Assembly (NCBI GenBank): GCA_963780185.1
Contig: CAWABA010000005.1
Coordinates: forward strand, 112,964-176,963
Length of the DNA stretch: 64,000 bases
Direction of reading: 5' to 3'
From: Candidatus Bathyarchaeota archaeon
GTDB taxonomy: Archaea > Thermoproteota > Bathyarchaeia > Bathyarchaeales > Bathycorpusculaceae
Both the position numbers and the translations under genes were made by a program. Shown in pieces: positions 10,011 through 19,937 of the stretch. How positions within the stretch are numbered: the first letter of the stretch is position 1; each line of letters begins with the position of its first letter. The notes under the pieces are model-generated. The model was not told where the DNA came from. It made no database searches and was given only the letters and a program-made list of their open reading frames with translations.

Positions 10011-10469
10011 ATGAGTGCAAAATGGCGTAGAAGCGCAAAACACCGTAAATGGCTAGATTTTAACGGCCAAACAGAGAAAACCAGCAAACCGAAAATGACC
10101 AGACCCGAACATGCTTACCGCATAAAAGCTATACCTGTTCCACCAAGCTTTCGACCATCCAAAAACTTTAGCGAACGCAAATTCCAAGAACAAAAACCAC
10201 TCATAGACATACTAGAGGAAAACAGCTTCATAACGGTTGTAGCCGAAATCACAGGGTTTAATAAGGATACCCTCAAAATTCATGTGAAAGACCAGAAAAT
10301 CACGCTGTCGGCAAAATCGAAAGACCGCAGATACTATAAAAGTTTAAATCTGCCGAAGGTAGTGATTCCAGACGTCATGTACACCAAATTCAAGAACGGT
10401 GTACTGGAAATAAAGCTAAGAAAAGCTGAAACAGCAATAAACAAAGAAGCTGACCAAAATGCCGCATAA
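10011..10469 (+). CDS. Hsp20/alpha-crystallin domain protein
   Basis: PLIDILEE..VVAEITG..YYKSLNLP..KFKNGVLEIKLRK. Confidence 0.82.
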   Translation: MSAKWRRSAKHRKWLDFNGQTEKTSKPKMTRPEHAYRIKAIPVPPSFRPSKNFSERKFQEQKPLIDILEENSFITVVAEITGFNKDTLKIHVKDQKITLSAKSKDRRYYKSLNLPKVVIPDVMYTKFKNGVLEIKLRKAETAINKEADQNAA

Positions 10470-10872
10470 ACTAAGAAAAATAAGAAAATTTAGAGGCTCA
10501 AGAACGGTAGGCTACGGTAGGATAGGCCAGCACCGAGACTCTGGGTCAAAAGGGCACCGAAAAGTTGGACGCCACAAACACTTGTGGAGCTACGTTGTAA
10601 CCCATGAACCTGATTACTTCGGCAAAAACGGATTCACATCACCAAAAAGCCTTCACACCATAGACAACCCCATTAACCTAAGAAAACTTGAAGAACTCGC
10701 ACAAACAAGCCAGCAAATTAACCTGACAGAATTAGGTTACACAAAACTTTTAGGTTCAGGAAAAATCACAAAAGCCTTAACTGTGCAAGTACCCTCTTAC
10801 TCGAAATTAGCGGCGGAAAAAATCAAAAAAGCAGGCGGAGAAATCGTAGGCTCCCAAGTTAACGGAGAGTAA
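10459..10872 (+). CDS. rpl15: 50S ribosomal protein uL15
   Basis: RKFRGSRTVGYGRIGQHR..YFGKNGF..LGYTKLLGSG..AAEKIKKAGG. Confidence 0.96.
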   Translation: MPHKLRKIRKFRGSRTVGYGRIGQHRDSGSKGHRKVGRHKHLWSYVVTHEPDYFGKNGFTSPKSLHTIDNPINLRKLEELAQTSQQINLTELGYTKLLGSGKITKALTVQVPSYSKLAAEKIKKAGGEIVGSQVNGE

Positions 10873-10881
10873 AGCTGCTAA

Positions 10882-12309
10882 ATGCCTGGAAGATTTCTCA
10901 GTCTCTTCAAGCCGATTGGACGAGTTCTACCCGAAATCAAGAAGCCTGAGAGAAAAGTAAGCTTCAACGAGAAAATCTTCTGGACAGGTCTCACCTTAGT
11001 TATTTTCCTTGTAATGTCCCAGATCCCACTTTACGGGATTTCATCATCCGTTTCCTCTTCATTTAGTCAACTACGAGTAATCTTTGCCTCTAACAACGGA
11101 ACCCTAATGCAGTTAGGCATCGGACCAATCGTCACAGCTGGCTTAATTCTCCAGTTGCTTGCAGGTTCCTCAATTATCCAATGCGACATGTCAAACTCTG
11201 AGGACCGCGGCTTATTCACTTCCGCCAGCAAAGTGTTCAGCATCCTCCTCACAGGCATCCAAGCCGCAGCATACATCATAAGCGGCATGTTCGGGTCACT
11301 CACAGGCTCAACAGCGCTAATAATCTTCTTCCAACTTCTCGCAGCCGGACTCATGGTCATGCTTATGGATGAACTTATCCAGAAAGGCTGGGGTCTAGGC
11401 AGCGGAATCAGCCTCTTCATCATGGCAGGAGTAGCCCAATCAGTAGTTTGGGACATGTTTTCGCCGGCAACAGGATTGTTCATCGGATCACTCAACGCAT
11501 ACCTAAACCACGGTATCTCACTGGTAACTTGGATAGTTGGTCTTCGCTCCGGCGTGTACCCATCTTTACTAGGGTTCTTCGCCACCGTAGCAGCGTTCTT
11601 AATAGTTATCTATCTTAACGGAGTAAGAATTGAGCTTCCGATGAGTTACGCAGGCTACAAGGGATTCCGAAGTAGATACCCAATTAAACTGCTGTACGTG
11701 TCTAACCTGCCAGTTATCTTTGCGTCAGCGTTGTTCGCCAACGTTTACTTCTTCACACAACTGCTCTGGAGCCAAATGGGCAGCCCTCAACCTTCAGCAC
11801 ACAATCTCCTCTTCACGATAATAGGACAGTTTAACACGACAGTTTCAAGTACCGGTGCCGCAAACGTTGCACCCGTAGGCGGACTCGCATACTTAGTGAC
11901 CGCGCCAGCTAACATTCAACAGGTTGCCCTTGACCCCATAAGAGCCGCTTGCTACCTAGGCATCCTCGTCGCCTTCTGCGCTGTCTTCTCCCTAATTTGG
12001 CTCGAAGTCGGCGGCTTAGGCCCAGCAAAAGTTGCGCAGCAACTCATGGATTCAGGCATGCAGATCCCAGGCTACCGCAGATCAGGAAGACCCATCGAAG
12101 CCGTCCTTAAACGTTACATCCCCGTAGTCACGGTACTCGGAGGCATCATCGTCGGACTCGTAGCGGCAAGCGCAGACTTCTTCGGCACCTTCGGAACGGG
12201 AACAGGCATATTGCTGTCAGTAGGCATCATCTACCAATACTACGAACTGCTAATGCAAGAACGTGCCGCAGAAATGTACCCAGCCTTCAGAAGAATCCTA
12301 GGCGAATAG
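10882..12309 (+). CDS. secY: Preprotein translocase SecY/Sec61alpha
   Basis: GTLMQLGIGPIVTAG, GLGSGISLFI, YPIKLLYVSNLPVI, GTGILLSVGI. Confidence 0.98.
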   Translation: MPGRFLSLFKPIGRVLPEIKKPERKVSFNEKIFWTGLTLVIFLVMSQIPLYGISSSVSSSFSQLRVIFASNNGTLMQLGIGPIVTAGLILQLLAGSSIIQCDMSNSEDRGLFTSASKVFSILLTGIQAAAYIISGMFGSLTGSTALIIFFQLLAAGLMVMLMDELIQKGWGLGSGISLFIMAGVAQSVVWDMFSPATGLFIGSLNAYLNHGISLVTWIVGLRSGVYPSLLGFFATVAAFLIVIYLNGVRIELPMSYAGYKGFRSRYPIKLLYVSNLPVIFASALFANVYFFTQLLWSQMGSPQPSAHNLLFTIIGQFNTTVSSTGAANVAPVGGLAYLVTAPANIQQVALDPIRAACYLGILVAFCAVFSLIWLEVGGLGPAKVAQQLMDSGMQIPGYRRSGRPIEAVLKRYIPVVTVLGGIIVGLVAASADFFGTFGTGTGILLSVGIIYQYYELLMQERAAEMYPAFRRILGE

Positions 12310-12487
12310 CATAATTTCGTTGTCTAACAAGGCTTTTCTTCTATTTTCCTAATTCTTGTTTTCTTAAATTGCTGTGACCGATGTTAATTTTGGGGTTTTA
12401 ACACAAATCTTATAAGTGCTTTTTGCTAAGAGAAAGGTCAGAGCAAGGGCTCGATACTTTTGCTCAAAAAAGGAGAGAAAAGAAAAA

Positions 12488-15091
12488 ATGAATGTTTTTA
12501 AAAATAAAATAGCTATTGCAATCGCCACATTCTTAATAATTCTGATGTTAACTCCAATGCTTATGGTACCTTCTGCTAGCGCACATACACCTGCATGGCA
12601 AATCACCACTTACGCGTGGTGTGCCGCTGCACCAAATCCCTGCGGGGTCGGTCAGACAATGCTGATTTACGGGTGGCTTGACTTGGTAATACAAGGAGCA
12701 CTTCTGGTCAACAACATTAGATTCCAAAACTATCAATTCACGATTACAGAGCCCAACGGACAAAACGTAACAAAGACGTTTCCCACAGTCGTCGACTCAA
12801 CATCATCACAATACTTCAGCTTCGTACCTGACCAAACTGGAATCTACACAGTATACTTCAATTTCCCAGGCCAAGTCTACAATTACGGCGGCGCCTACCA
12901 AGGCGACTACTACACACCAGCCAGCGCAACAACAACATTCACAGTCCAACAGAACCCAATCCCATCAATCTCAGCACCCCCGCTTCCAACTGCCTACTGG
13001 ACCAGACCAATATACGCAACAAATGACTTAATGTCAAACATTGCCTCAAACTGGCTCGGCGGCGCAGCCGTAGCTAATTCCTGGCAACAAAACGGAGCAG
13101 CACCCAACAGCGCCCACATAATGTGGACAAAACCCCTTGAATACGGCGGCTTAACAGGCAACAGCGTAACTCAAGCAGGCAACACAGCATTAGCAAACGA
13201 TACAATACCCACGTTCTACTCAGGATTCTCATACAACACCCGATTCAATAGTCCAATGATTGTTGCAGGAGTCCTTTACTATCAAGAACCCAACGGAGAA
13301 GCTGGTTCAGGCGGACCCGAAGTTGCAGTTGACCTAACTACAGGACAAACACTTTGGACTAGCACAACACTATACCCAACTAAAGCACAAATGGTCGACA
13401 TCCAGATACCGAACCAAGAAGGAGTCGTCGGAGCCATCTTATGGGTAACCGTCGGCACCACATGGGAGGCATTCAACGCTTTCACTCAGCAGTTCATGTT
13501 CAACCTAACAGGTGTTCCTTCAGGCACAGAAGTTTACGACAACCAAGGCAACATACTGCGTTACGTCCTTAGCTACAGCACAACCACAAAATCCGGGTGG
13601 CTCGCATTATGGAACGACACCGCAGCAATGACAAGCCCGCTTAATGGTGCACCTGCAGGTTCAGCAGTCGCAGGCATCGCGTTCTTCCCAGTACCCAACG
13701 CTGCAGGATTCCAAATCAACGCAAGCGCACCTTACGCCTATTCATACAACGTAAGCGTCACAGCCAACTTAGTTGCAAACATTTCGCCAACCATCGTCGG
13801 GGTTATTCCTAACCAAGTAATCCTCGGATACAGCAGTGCTGTCGGCTTAACTTCGCAAGCGGCACCGAACACAAATCCATGGACAGTTTGGGCTCTAAGC
13901 GACGTACCAGGACAACAAGGACAACTCTTATGGCGTCAGGATTACCCAGCACCGCCCGGCAACCTCACTGAAATGATGGCGACACAGCCAATCGACCCAG
14001 TTACCAACGAGTGGACCATGACTTACTTTGAAACTGGACAACGACTTGCCTACAGCCTAGCAACCGGAAAGCTAGTTTGGGGACCAAGTGCACAATCGCA
14101 ATACGGATTCCAATACTACAGCGCAAGATCAGGACTGCCCGCATACGGCAACCTCTACGTATCAGGGTACGGAGGCGTAGTCTTCTGCTACTCAATGCTC
14201 AACGGCACACTGCTATGGACTTACGGCAACGGCGGAGAAGGCAACACCACCAACATGGGCAACAACGGACCATGGGGACTTTACCCAACACACGTCGCAG
14301 CTTTCGCCGATGGAAAAGTCTACACCATGTCAGGTGAACACTCACCGAACACACCTCTCTACAAAGGAGAACTAGCTCGCTGTCTTGATGCCTTCACAGG
14401 AAAAGAAATCTGGACACTCTCAGACTGGTCAGCATCAGGACTCGGCACTTCTATGGCTCCAGTGGCAATTGCTGACGGATACTACACATTTGCCAACGCC
14501 TACGATGGCCAAGTGTATTGTGTCGGCAAAGGTCCAAGCGCCACAACCGTAAACGTGCAAGACAATGTTATCTCACTGGGAAGCAGCGTACTAATACAGG
14601 GCACAGTCATGGACATATCTGCAGGCACAAAACAAGCCACAGTAGCAGCCGATTTCCCGAAGGGCGTTCCCGCAGTATCAGACAACTTTATGGGCTTATG
14701 GATGTCCTACGTTTACCAGCAGCAGCCACGGCCAAATAACGCAACCGGAGTAACCGTTAACTTGACAGTTTTCGACCCTAACAACAACACAGTAAACATC
14801 GGACAAGTAACCAGCGGCTCAAACGGCATGTTCACCAAAGCATACACACCCGACGTCCCAGGAGTCTACACCATCTACGCAACCTTCAGCGGCACAAACT
14901 CGTACTACTCATCATACTCAGAAACCTCAATCAACGTCGGACCCGCACCAGCAACAACCGCACCAACAGCCACACCGATGGGCAACGTAGCTACACAAAC
15001 CACGCTCGAATACGGACTCGTCGCAATCATAGTCGTCATAATCATAATCGGCGCAGTACTTGCAATCCTCACCACAAGAAAACACGCATAA
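12488..15091 (+). CDS. Large secreted PQQ-like beta-propeller surface protein with a C-terminal TM anchor
   Basis: Signal peptide, repeated DxxTGxxxW blades (VDLTTGQTLW, YSLATGKLVW, DAFTGKEIW), DGQVYCVGKGPSATTV; a family known to be expanded in Bathyarchaeia. Confidence 0.85.
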   Translation: MNVFKNKIAIAIATFLIILMLTPMLMVPSASAHTPAWQITTYAWCAAAPNPCGVGQTMLIYGWLDLVIQGALLVNNIRFQNYQFTITEPNGQNVTKTFPTVVDSTSSQYFSFVPDQTGIYTVYFNFPGQVYNYGGAYQGDYYTPASATTTFTVQQNPIPSISAPPLPTAYWTRPIYATNDLMSNIASNWLGGAAVANSWQQNGAAPNSAHIMWTKPLEYGGLTGNSVTQAGNTALANDTIPTFYSGFSYNTRFNSPMIVAGVLYYQEPNGEAGSGGPEVAVDLTTGQTLWTSTTLYPTKAQMVDIQIPNQEGVVGAILWVTVGTTWEAFNAFTQQFMFNLTGVPSGTEVYDNQGNILRYVLSYSTTTKSGWLALWNDTAAMTSPLNGAPAGSAVAGIAFFPVPNAAGFQINASAPYAYSYNVSVTANLVANISPTIVGVIPNQVILGYSSAVGLTSQAAPNTNPWTVWALSDVPGQQGQLLWRQDYPAPPGNLTEMMATQPIDPVTNEWTMTYFETGQRLAYSLATGKLVWGPSAQSQYGFQYYSARSGLPAYGNLYVSGYGGVVFCYSMLNGTLLWTYGNGGEGNTTNMGNNGPWGLYPTHVAAFADGKVYTMSGEHSPNTPLYKGELARCLDAFTGKEIWTLSDWSASGLGTSMAPVAIADGYYTFANAYDGQVYCVGKGPSATTVNVQDNVISLGSSVLIQGTVMDISAGTKQATVAADFPKGVPAVSDNFMGLWMSYVYQQQPRPNNATGVTVNLTVFDPNNNTVNIGQVTSGSNGMFTKAYTPDVPGVYTIYATFSGTNSYYSSYSETSINVGPAPATTAPTATPMGNVATQTTLEYGLVAIIVVIIIIGAVLAILTTRKHA

Positions 15092-15175
15092 ACCAAAAAA
15101 ACAAAACAACATTTCCCTTTTTTTAATTTTTTTAAGCTCTTCTAAAAGTAAGCTTGCTTTCTGTGTTTTTGCCTT

Positions 15176-15595
15176 TTAGGGTTTGATTGTCCAGCCTTTC
15201 TTGTTTAGGATTTCTTGCACTGCGGGTAGGTCTTCTGCGAATCTGATGTGTCGGCAGCTGCTGGATTGGCAGTAGTCGCACCATACGCTTTCGGGTTTAA
15301 AGTAAACGTCTATTATTCTGCCGTTTGTTGTTTTGGTGGCTAGGGTTCGGTCGAGTATGCGGACTCCTTCTTCGTCTACGTTGAAGTGCTCCAGCGGAGG
15401 CTGGGGCGGCGGGGGCTGTGTGGCTTGGAGTTCTTCGAAGCGTTTTCTTATGGCTTCTTTTATGAATTCTGATCGGCTTTTGTATCCTCTTGTTCCGCGT
15501 TTGATGATTTGGTCTATTTCTTCCATTAGCTCTTTGGGTAGTCTTACGGTTGTGTAGTCGTCGCTGTTGGGTTCTTCAGAAGACATGTTTGTCAC
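15176..15595 (-). CDS. Ribbon-helix-helix (CopG/NikR-like) regulator with a C-terminal Cys/His Zn-finger-like domain
   Basis: YTTVRLPKELMEEID..YKSRSEFIKEAIR; WCDYCQSSSCRH. Confidence 0.85.
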   Translation of the reverse strand: MTNMSSEEPNSDDYTTVRLPKELMEEIDQIIKRGTRGYKSRSEFIKEAIRKRFEELQATQPPPPQPPLEHFNVDEEGVRILDRTLATKTTNGRIIDVYFKPESVWCDYCQSSSCRHIRFAEDLPAVQEILNKKGWTIKP

Positions 15596-15742
15596 TTGTG
15601 ATTCATGTGTGAGTTATAGATTTAAGGTTTTTTGTTTATACTTGTCGGATGCTGTGGGTTTGGTTTGCTGGCGTTTGAGCGTTTGCTGTTCGCAACGCCT
15701 ATATGTGACCCACGACATGCATGTATCAACAGTGACACAAGG

Positions 15743-15898
15743 ATGGCAAAAAAAGACTGGGTCACCGTAAAAATACCCAAACAACTCGCAACCCAAATCG
15801 ACCAAACCCTCAAACACAAAAACCGCCCCCACCAATCCCGAGCCGAACTCACCCGCGAAGCCATCAAAGCCTACCTCGCAACCCTAAACCCCCAATAA
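15743..15898 (+). CDS. Small ribbon-helix-helix protein, divergent from the previous gene
   Basis: MAKKDWVTVKIPKQLATQID..QSRAELTREAIKAYL. Confidence 0.78.
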   Translation: MAKKDWVTVKIPKQLATQIDQTLKHKNRPHQSRAELTREAIKAYLATLNPQ

Positions 15899-15956
15899 CC
15901 CTGCCTCCCAGTGTCGCCTTCCTTTCGCCGCCTTTGAGTGGTGTCGAGTTGATTCT

Positions 15957-16184
15957 ATGCACAAAAAAAATACCCGAAAACTGCAGGAAAGAAAAATCCG
16001 CGGCATCATCCTTCGCGGCAGCTTCTACGACCGAGCCCTCGGCGAAGCCATCTCCAAGATGAATCGTGTCGACGTGTTGTCGGCGCTTGCGGAGCCTGTT
16101 GAGGTTCATTTGGTTCCTGATGTTGAGCGGGGCGAGGTTTTGATTGATCCTCGGGGTACGGGTAGTTTGCAGGGTTCGGGTTGA
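15957..16184 (+). CDS. Hypothetical small viral protein
   Basis: Clean ORF co-oriented in the viral block; no recognisable domain. Confidence 0.55.
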   Translation: MHKKNTRKLQERKIRGIILRGSFYDRALGEAISKMNRVDVLSALAEPVEVHLVPDVERGEVLIDPRGTGSLQGSG

Positions 16185-16251
16185 TTTTGGTTTCATTTTT
16201 ACCTTTGGTTTTTGATGTAAAAATGGGGGTAGGGTCCCTTTTTGGTGGTGA

Positions 16252-16653
16252 ATGTTTATGCGTTATAGGTTAAGTCTTGAGAGTCGTGTCAATGTTCGCG
16301 TCTGCAAGATGCGCCGCATCTTCCATGTCGACACACAAAACACCCGCAAAAAACTCCTCATCCACCTAGAAGACCTCTTCGAAATCTCCAGCAACTACGC
16401 CCGCGGAAAAGTCACCCACATCACCGACGAAACAGGAAAACAACGCCTCCTAACAGTCGCCGAACGACAATTCTACGCAAAAATCTCCGCCTACATCGCC
16501 CAAATCATCAACAACCTCGCCAAAGGCATCGACGAACGGCAAATCGACAAAGACCTCGACCAGCTGGAAGCCATGCTGAAAAAGACTGCTGCGGGCAAAG
16601 AGGGCGCTGGCAAGGTCGAGTTTGGAGTAGGTTGCCAGCATGGAGAGGTTTAG
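16252..16653 (+). CDS. Hypothetical helical protein, putative terminase small subunit
   Basis: Its 3' end (GIDERQIDKDLDQLEAML) recurs at 32029, where it overlaps the TerL-B start, so it was originally the gene directly upstream of TerL. Confidence 0.55.
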   Translation: MFMRYRLSLESRVNVRVCKMRRIFHVDTQNTRKKLLIHLEDLFEISSNYARGKVTHITDETGKQRLLTVAERQFYAKISAYIAQIINNLAKGIDERQIDKDLDQLEAMLKKTAAGKEGAGKVEFGVGCQHGEV

Positions 16654-17466
16654 AGCTGCTTTGCTTGCCTCACGCTTCTGCGGCGATAAAACAGGGTGGC
16701 AGCCACCAAAACGACAACCACAACAGACAATCCCATTATTGCAGAATTCTCCCAGCCAAGACCAAACAATGAAAACGGCTGTGCGCTAGGATTGACCGAA
16801 TCACTGCTAAGATTTATTATTTTCGTGGCGCTCCAACCGCTGCTTTCCCCACTAAAAACATTCTGTTCCCCTCTCCCGCCCAATGGGGCGGGTGTAGTCT
16901 GGATGGTTGTATAATACCCTGAGAGCGCTTCTACTTGAAAATCCACTTGACCGTGGTCTAAATCGCCCCCGATCTTAACGGGGTAGTAATCAGAGCCGTT
17001 ATTTCCGCTCAACCCATAATCTATTACAGTATATTGCGCATTTGGAGAAACTAAAGAAACCACTCCTCCTGACTCTTGAGTCAAAGAGTTGGAAGCCGTA
17101 ACATAAATTCCTCCCAGAGAACTCGATATTTCAGTCCAAGCACCACCGAAATGCCCCTTGAACCGGACATTATAATTCAACCTTATGTTATTCCCACTTT
17201 GGTCTTGAAAATTGTTGAAGTTTTGGTTCTTTATTATGACCTCTATTGAACGATTTTGTACATGATAACCTGCCTGAACCAACTCTGTCTTACCTGTGTA
17301 AGGATTGTTTGCATAAGTTGGTGAGATGTCGTAAGAGTGGTCAGAGTACTTCAAAGTAAACTCCGGAACAGAACGGCTTAGCTACCTCTGAACTTGCGGA
17401 GCTAGTCATCATAAGAATTGATAAAAAAAACATAGCGAGAAGCAGAATGCCACTAAACTTATCCAT
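16650..17466 (-). CDS. Secreted, C-terminally anchored protein of the SVPEFT family (frameshifts near 17375 and 17425)
   Basis: Signal peptide and SVPEFTLKY recovered across the indels; YNVRFKGHF, QVDFQVEA, ESSGWS, C-terminal TM; paralog of 24957 and 36989. Confidence 0.65.
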
Positions 17467-17728
17467 GCCGAGTATTTTATTTTTTTAATATATAAGATTT
17501 GCCTTTCTCGTACTAAAACCGTTGATTTCAAAATTTCTTCTGATTAAGGAAATACGAATTGCTCTGACGTAAAATTATAATGCCAAGTTGATGACCAAAC
17601 ATGTCAGAAAACAAAAAAATACGAAACAGCTTGAGTGGAGCTCGGCTGGCAGACTTTGGAAGCTCAATGGAGCATTCCATTATTAGCCATTTGGAAAATA
17701 GAAGTTTGAATCAAGAGGAGGTGAAAGC

Positions 17729-18922
17729 ATGACCGTTTATGCACCAAGATTTACAAAGGAACAGATAGTTGAGGGTATATGGGGTTGGACAGGCAGTTCT
17801 TGGACACCCGGTCTGACGTTCCTAGCTGGGCCCTCTAATAATCGCCCAACCACTGCACCAGACATGACATTATGGTATGAAACAGATACCTCAACTCTAT
17901 GGCAGTACCATAATAGTTGGTCAAATCTGTACGGTCCTGGCAATGAGGTTCCAACTTCAGGTAGCGATCCAAGCTCTTCATCTCTAGGAGCTTTTGTTAA
18001 TAGATATGACCTTGGAGTGATTAAGGAATGCACCAATACCGCTGGTCCTGTCTGGATAAACATGGGATCAAATCAGGAGGGCTTGCCTACTGGTACTTTG
18101 AATACAAATCTACTTGCCGCCAATGGATACTCTGGGTTGGCATTTACTGATACGGATCAGAATCTGTCGGCGAATCTCTATCTTATACTAAGAGGTGACG
18201 GACCCCCTTATGACCCGTTATTAGCGACGGATCAAGGTCTGGTTGTCAAGAAGGACATTTCGGCTGGTGGAATGTTAGCCAGCAATCAAGGAATATTGGG
18301 TCTTGGTAGCGGATTTACTAGCGCGGATGAACCTCCGAAGATATGGCTAACTCACACTCAAGAACTTGGGAATCAAGACACGCTTTACCTCAAGCAACTT
18401 AACCTGACTACACCTGCGCATTTGGATTTGGGTAACCTGACTAGCCACGGTGTCATTACCCTCTCTGCTGAAAACGGCAATATTGCGATGCCCTACGCAG
18501 GCTGGATTCAGTTTGGCAACCTCACTTCTACGTCGTCAAAGATTAGCTGGGCGCAGGGAACAAGAAATTTCTGGTCGGCGTACGCAATAGAATTATGGGG
18601 TTGGAACCCAAATACCTCATCGTGGGAGGCCGGTACGTTGATTGCTAGCAACATTCAGGTTGACCATTTGGACAGTTGTACTGGCGCTGGCATAACATTC
18701 TTTGACCATCTAAATCTTACATCCCCTCTCTATCTTGGATACACCGATCAAAACTCTGTCTGGCATGGCGTCAAACTTTATGACTCAACAGGGTCATCTG
18801 GGTCAAATGGCCAGTTCTTGCAAGTCAACAGTTCCGGCTATCCACAATGGACAACTTGTACACTATCGACGTCCGCTCCTTCTCCGCCGCAGAACGGCAA
18901 CATCTGGTTAACGCTACCTTGA
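17729..18922 (+). CDS. Tail-fibre-like protein, cassette 1
   Basis: Shares the core PLLATDQGLVVKKDI..GG...PPKIWLT..DTLYL..PAHLDLGNLT.HG with 26174, 28791 and 33958, two of which end in S74 chaperones; strong GGAGGTG RBS. Confidence 0.68.
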   Translation: MTVYAPRFTKEQIVEGIWGWTGSSWTPGLTFLAGPSNNRPTTAPDMTLWYETDTSTLWQYHNSWSNLYGPGNEVPTSGSDPSSSSLGAFVNRYDLGVIKECTNTAGPVWINMGSNQEGLPTGTLNTNLLAANGYSGLAFTDTDQNLSANLYLILRGDGPPYDPLLATDQGLVVKKDISAGGMLASNQGILGLGSGFTSADEPPKIWLTHTQELGNQDTLYLKQLNLTTPAHLDLGNLTSHGVITLSAENGNIAMPYAGWIQFGNLTSTSSKISWAQGTRNFWSAYAIELWGWNPNTSSWEAGTLIASNIQVDHLDSCTGAGITFFDHLNLTSPLYLGYTDQNSVWHGVKLYDSTGSSGSNGQFLQVNSSGYPQWTTCTLSTSAPSPPQNGNIWLTLP

Positions 18923-18932
18923 GGAATGGCTT

Positions 18933-19916
18933 GTGGTAAATTACCAGTTGAACTACCTGAGGATCCGAATAGGGAGCTCTACTTATGCTCTCTGTTTGGT
19001 TTCTAACGGCAACGGGAACCCTAACATGGGCGGTATCCCTCATGTGCAAAGAGGCGGAACAACATACGACATCTATCTGGTTGAAACAAACGACCCCTAT
19101 GCCAGTCCCGCGAGGATGCGAACAAGCGGCGGCACCAAAGCAATACGATATTTTACAGAATACCTCGATACTAGCCACGGCGACACCTCACACTCCGATG
19201 CCACACCGCACACTAACAGCGCCCACACTGACCACTCAAACAACATCCCGCACACAGACGGAATCTACTATAATGATGTAGCCCATTCAGATTTTACCTA
19301 TTCAGACTTTAGCGATGTTCCCCATACTGATATTGCCCATCAGAACGCTGCTGCCCACTCCGATGTTGCCCACAATGATGTCAGCCACAGCGATCAAAGC
19401 AACCACACGAACTACGATGACTGGGCATATTATCAAGACAGTTTCGGTGACTACCCAGACAGCCAATTCTACAGCGACTTTGATAACTACTCGGATGTCA
19501 CTCACACCGATTCCGCGCACTCGGACCTAGGCGTCGGACATACTGACTCCAACTCGCACACTAACTATACCGACTGGCCCTACTACCAAGATGACTTCGG
19601 TGACCACTCAGATAACGTCGGACCATACAGCGATTTCAACGACCACGCAAATACTGCGGGCGGCCACGGCGATTCCCCTCATTATGACGTCGCCCATTCC
19701 AACGCTGGAACATACAACGACTACAACGATTCCTACTTCCATCAAGATCTGTGGGGGCCACCGCACAGCGACATACCTCATAGCGACAACCCGAACTATT
19801 ACGGCGACGGAGGCTACACTGACCATGAAGATGTACACTCGGACTTCAGCAACCACAGCGACATTGCCCACGCAAATGGTTCACACTCCGACCACGAAGA
19901 CGTTCCAACCTTCTAA
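18933..19916 (+). CDS. (His/Tyr/Phe)-x-(Asp/Asn) repeat protein; putative radical-SAM substrate or fibre-tip protein
   Basis: About 75 aa non-repetitive N-terminus, then about 50 aromatic-x-D/N triplets (31 His-based, counted by hand). Confidence 0.85.
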   Translation: MVNYQLNYLRIRIGSSTYALCLVSNGNGNPNMGGIPHVQRGGTTYDIYLVETNDPYASPARMRTSGGTKAIRYFTEYLDTSHGDTSHSDATPHTNSAHTDHSNNIPHTDGIYYNDVAHSDFTYSDFSDVPHTDIAHQNAAAHSDVAHNDVSHSDQSNHTNYDDWAYYQDSFGDYPDSQFYSDFDNYSDVTHTDSAHSDLGVGHTDSNSHTNYTDWPYYQDDFGDHSDNVGPYSDFNDHANTAGGHGDSPHYDVAHSNAGTYNDYNDSYFHQDLWGPPHSDIPHSDNPNYYGDGGYTDHEDVHSDFSNHSDIAHANGSHSDHEDVPTF

Positions 19917-19937
19917 CGCGAAATTGAGGGAATTTAT

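Noticed and set aside
15092-15175. tRNA or att site at the left edge of the viral region
   Set aside because: Only T-rich terminator-like tracts; no cloverleaf or matching direct repeat found by eye.
19160-19916. HxD region as a DNA tandem repeat or sequencing artefact
   Set aside because: Codons and spacer lengths vary; the periodicity is at the protein level in an uninterrupted frame.
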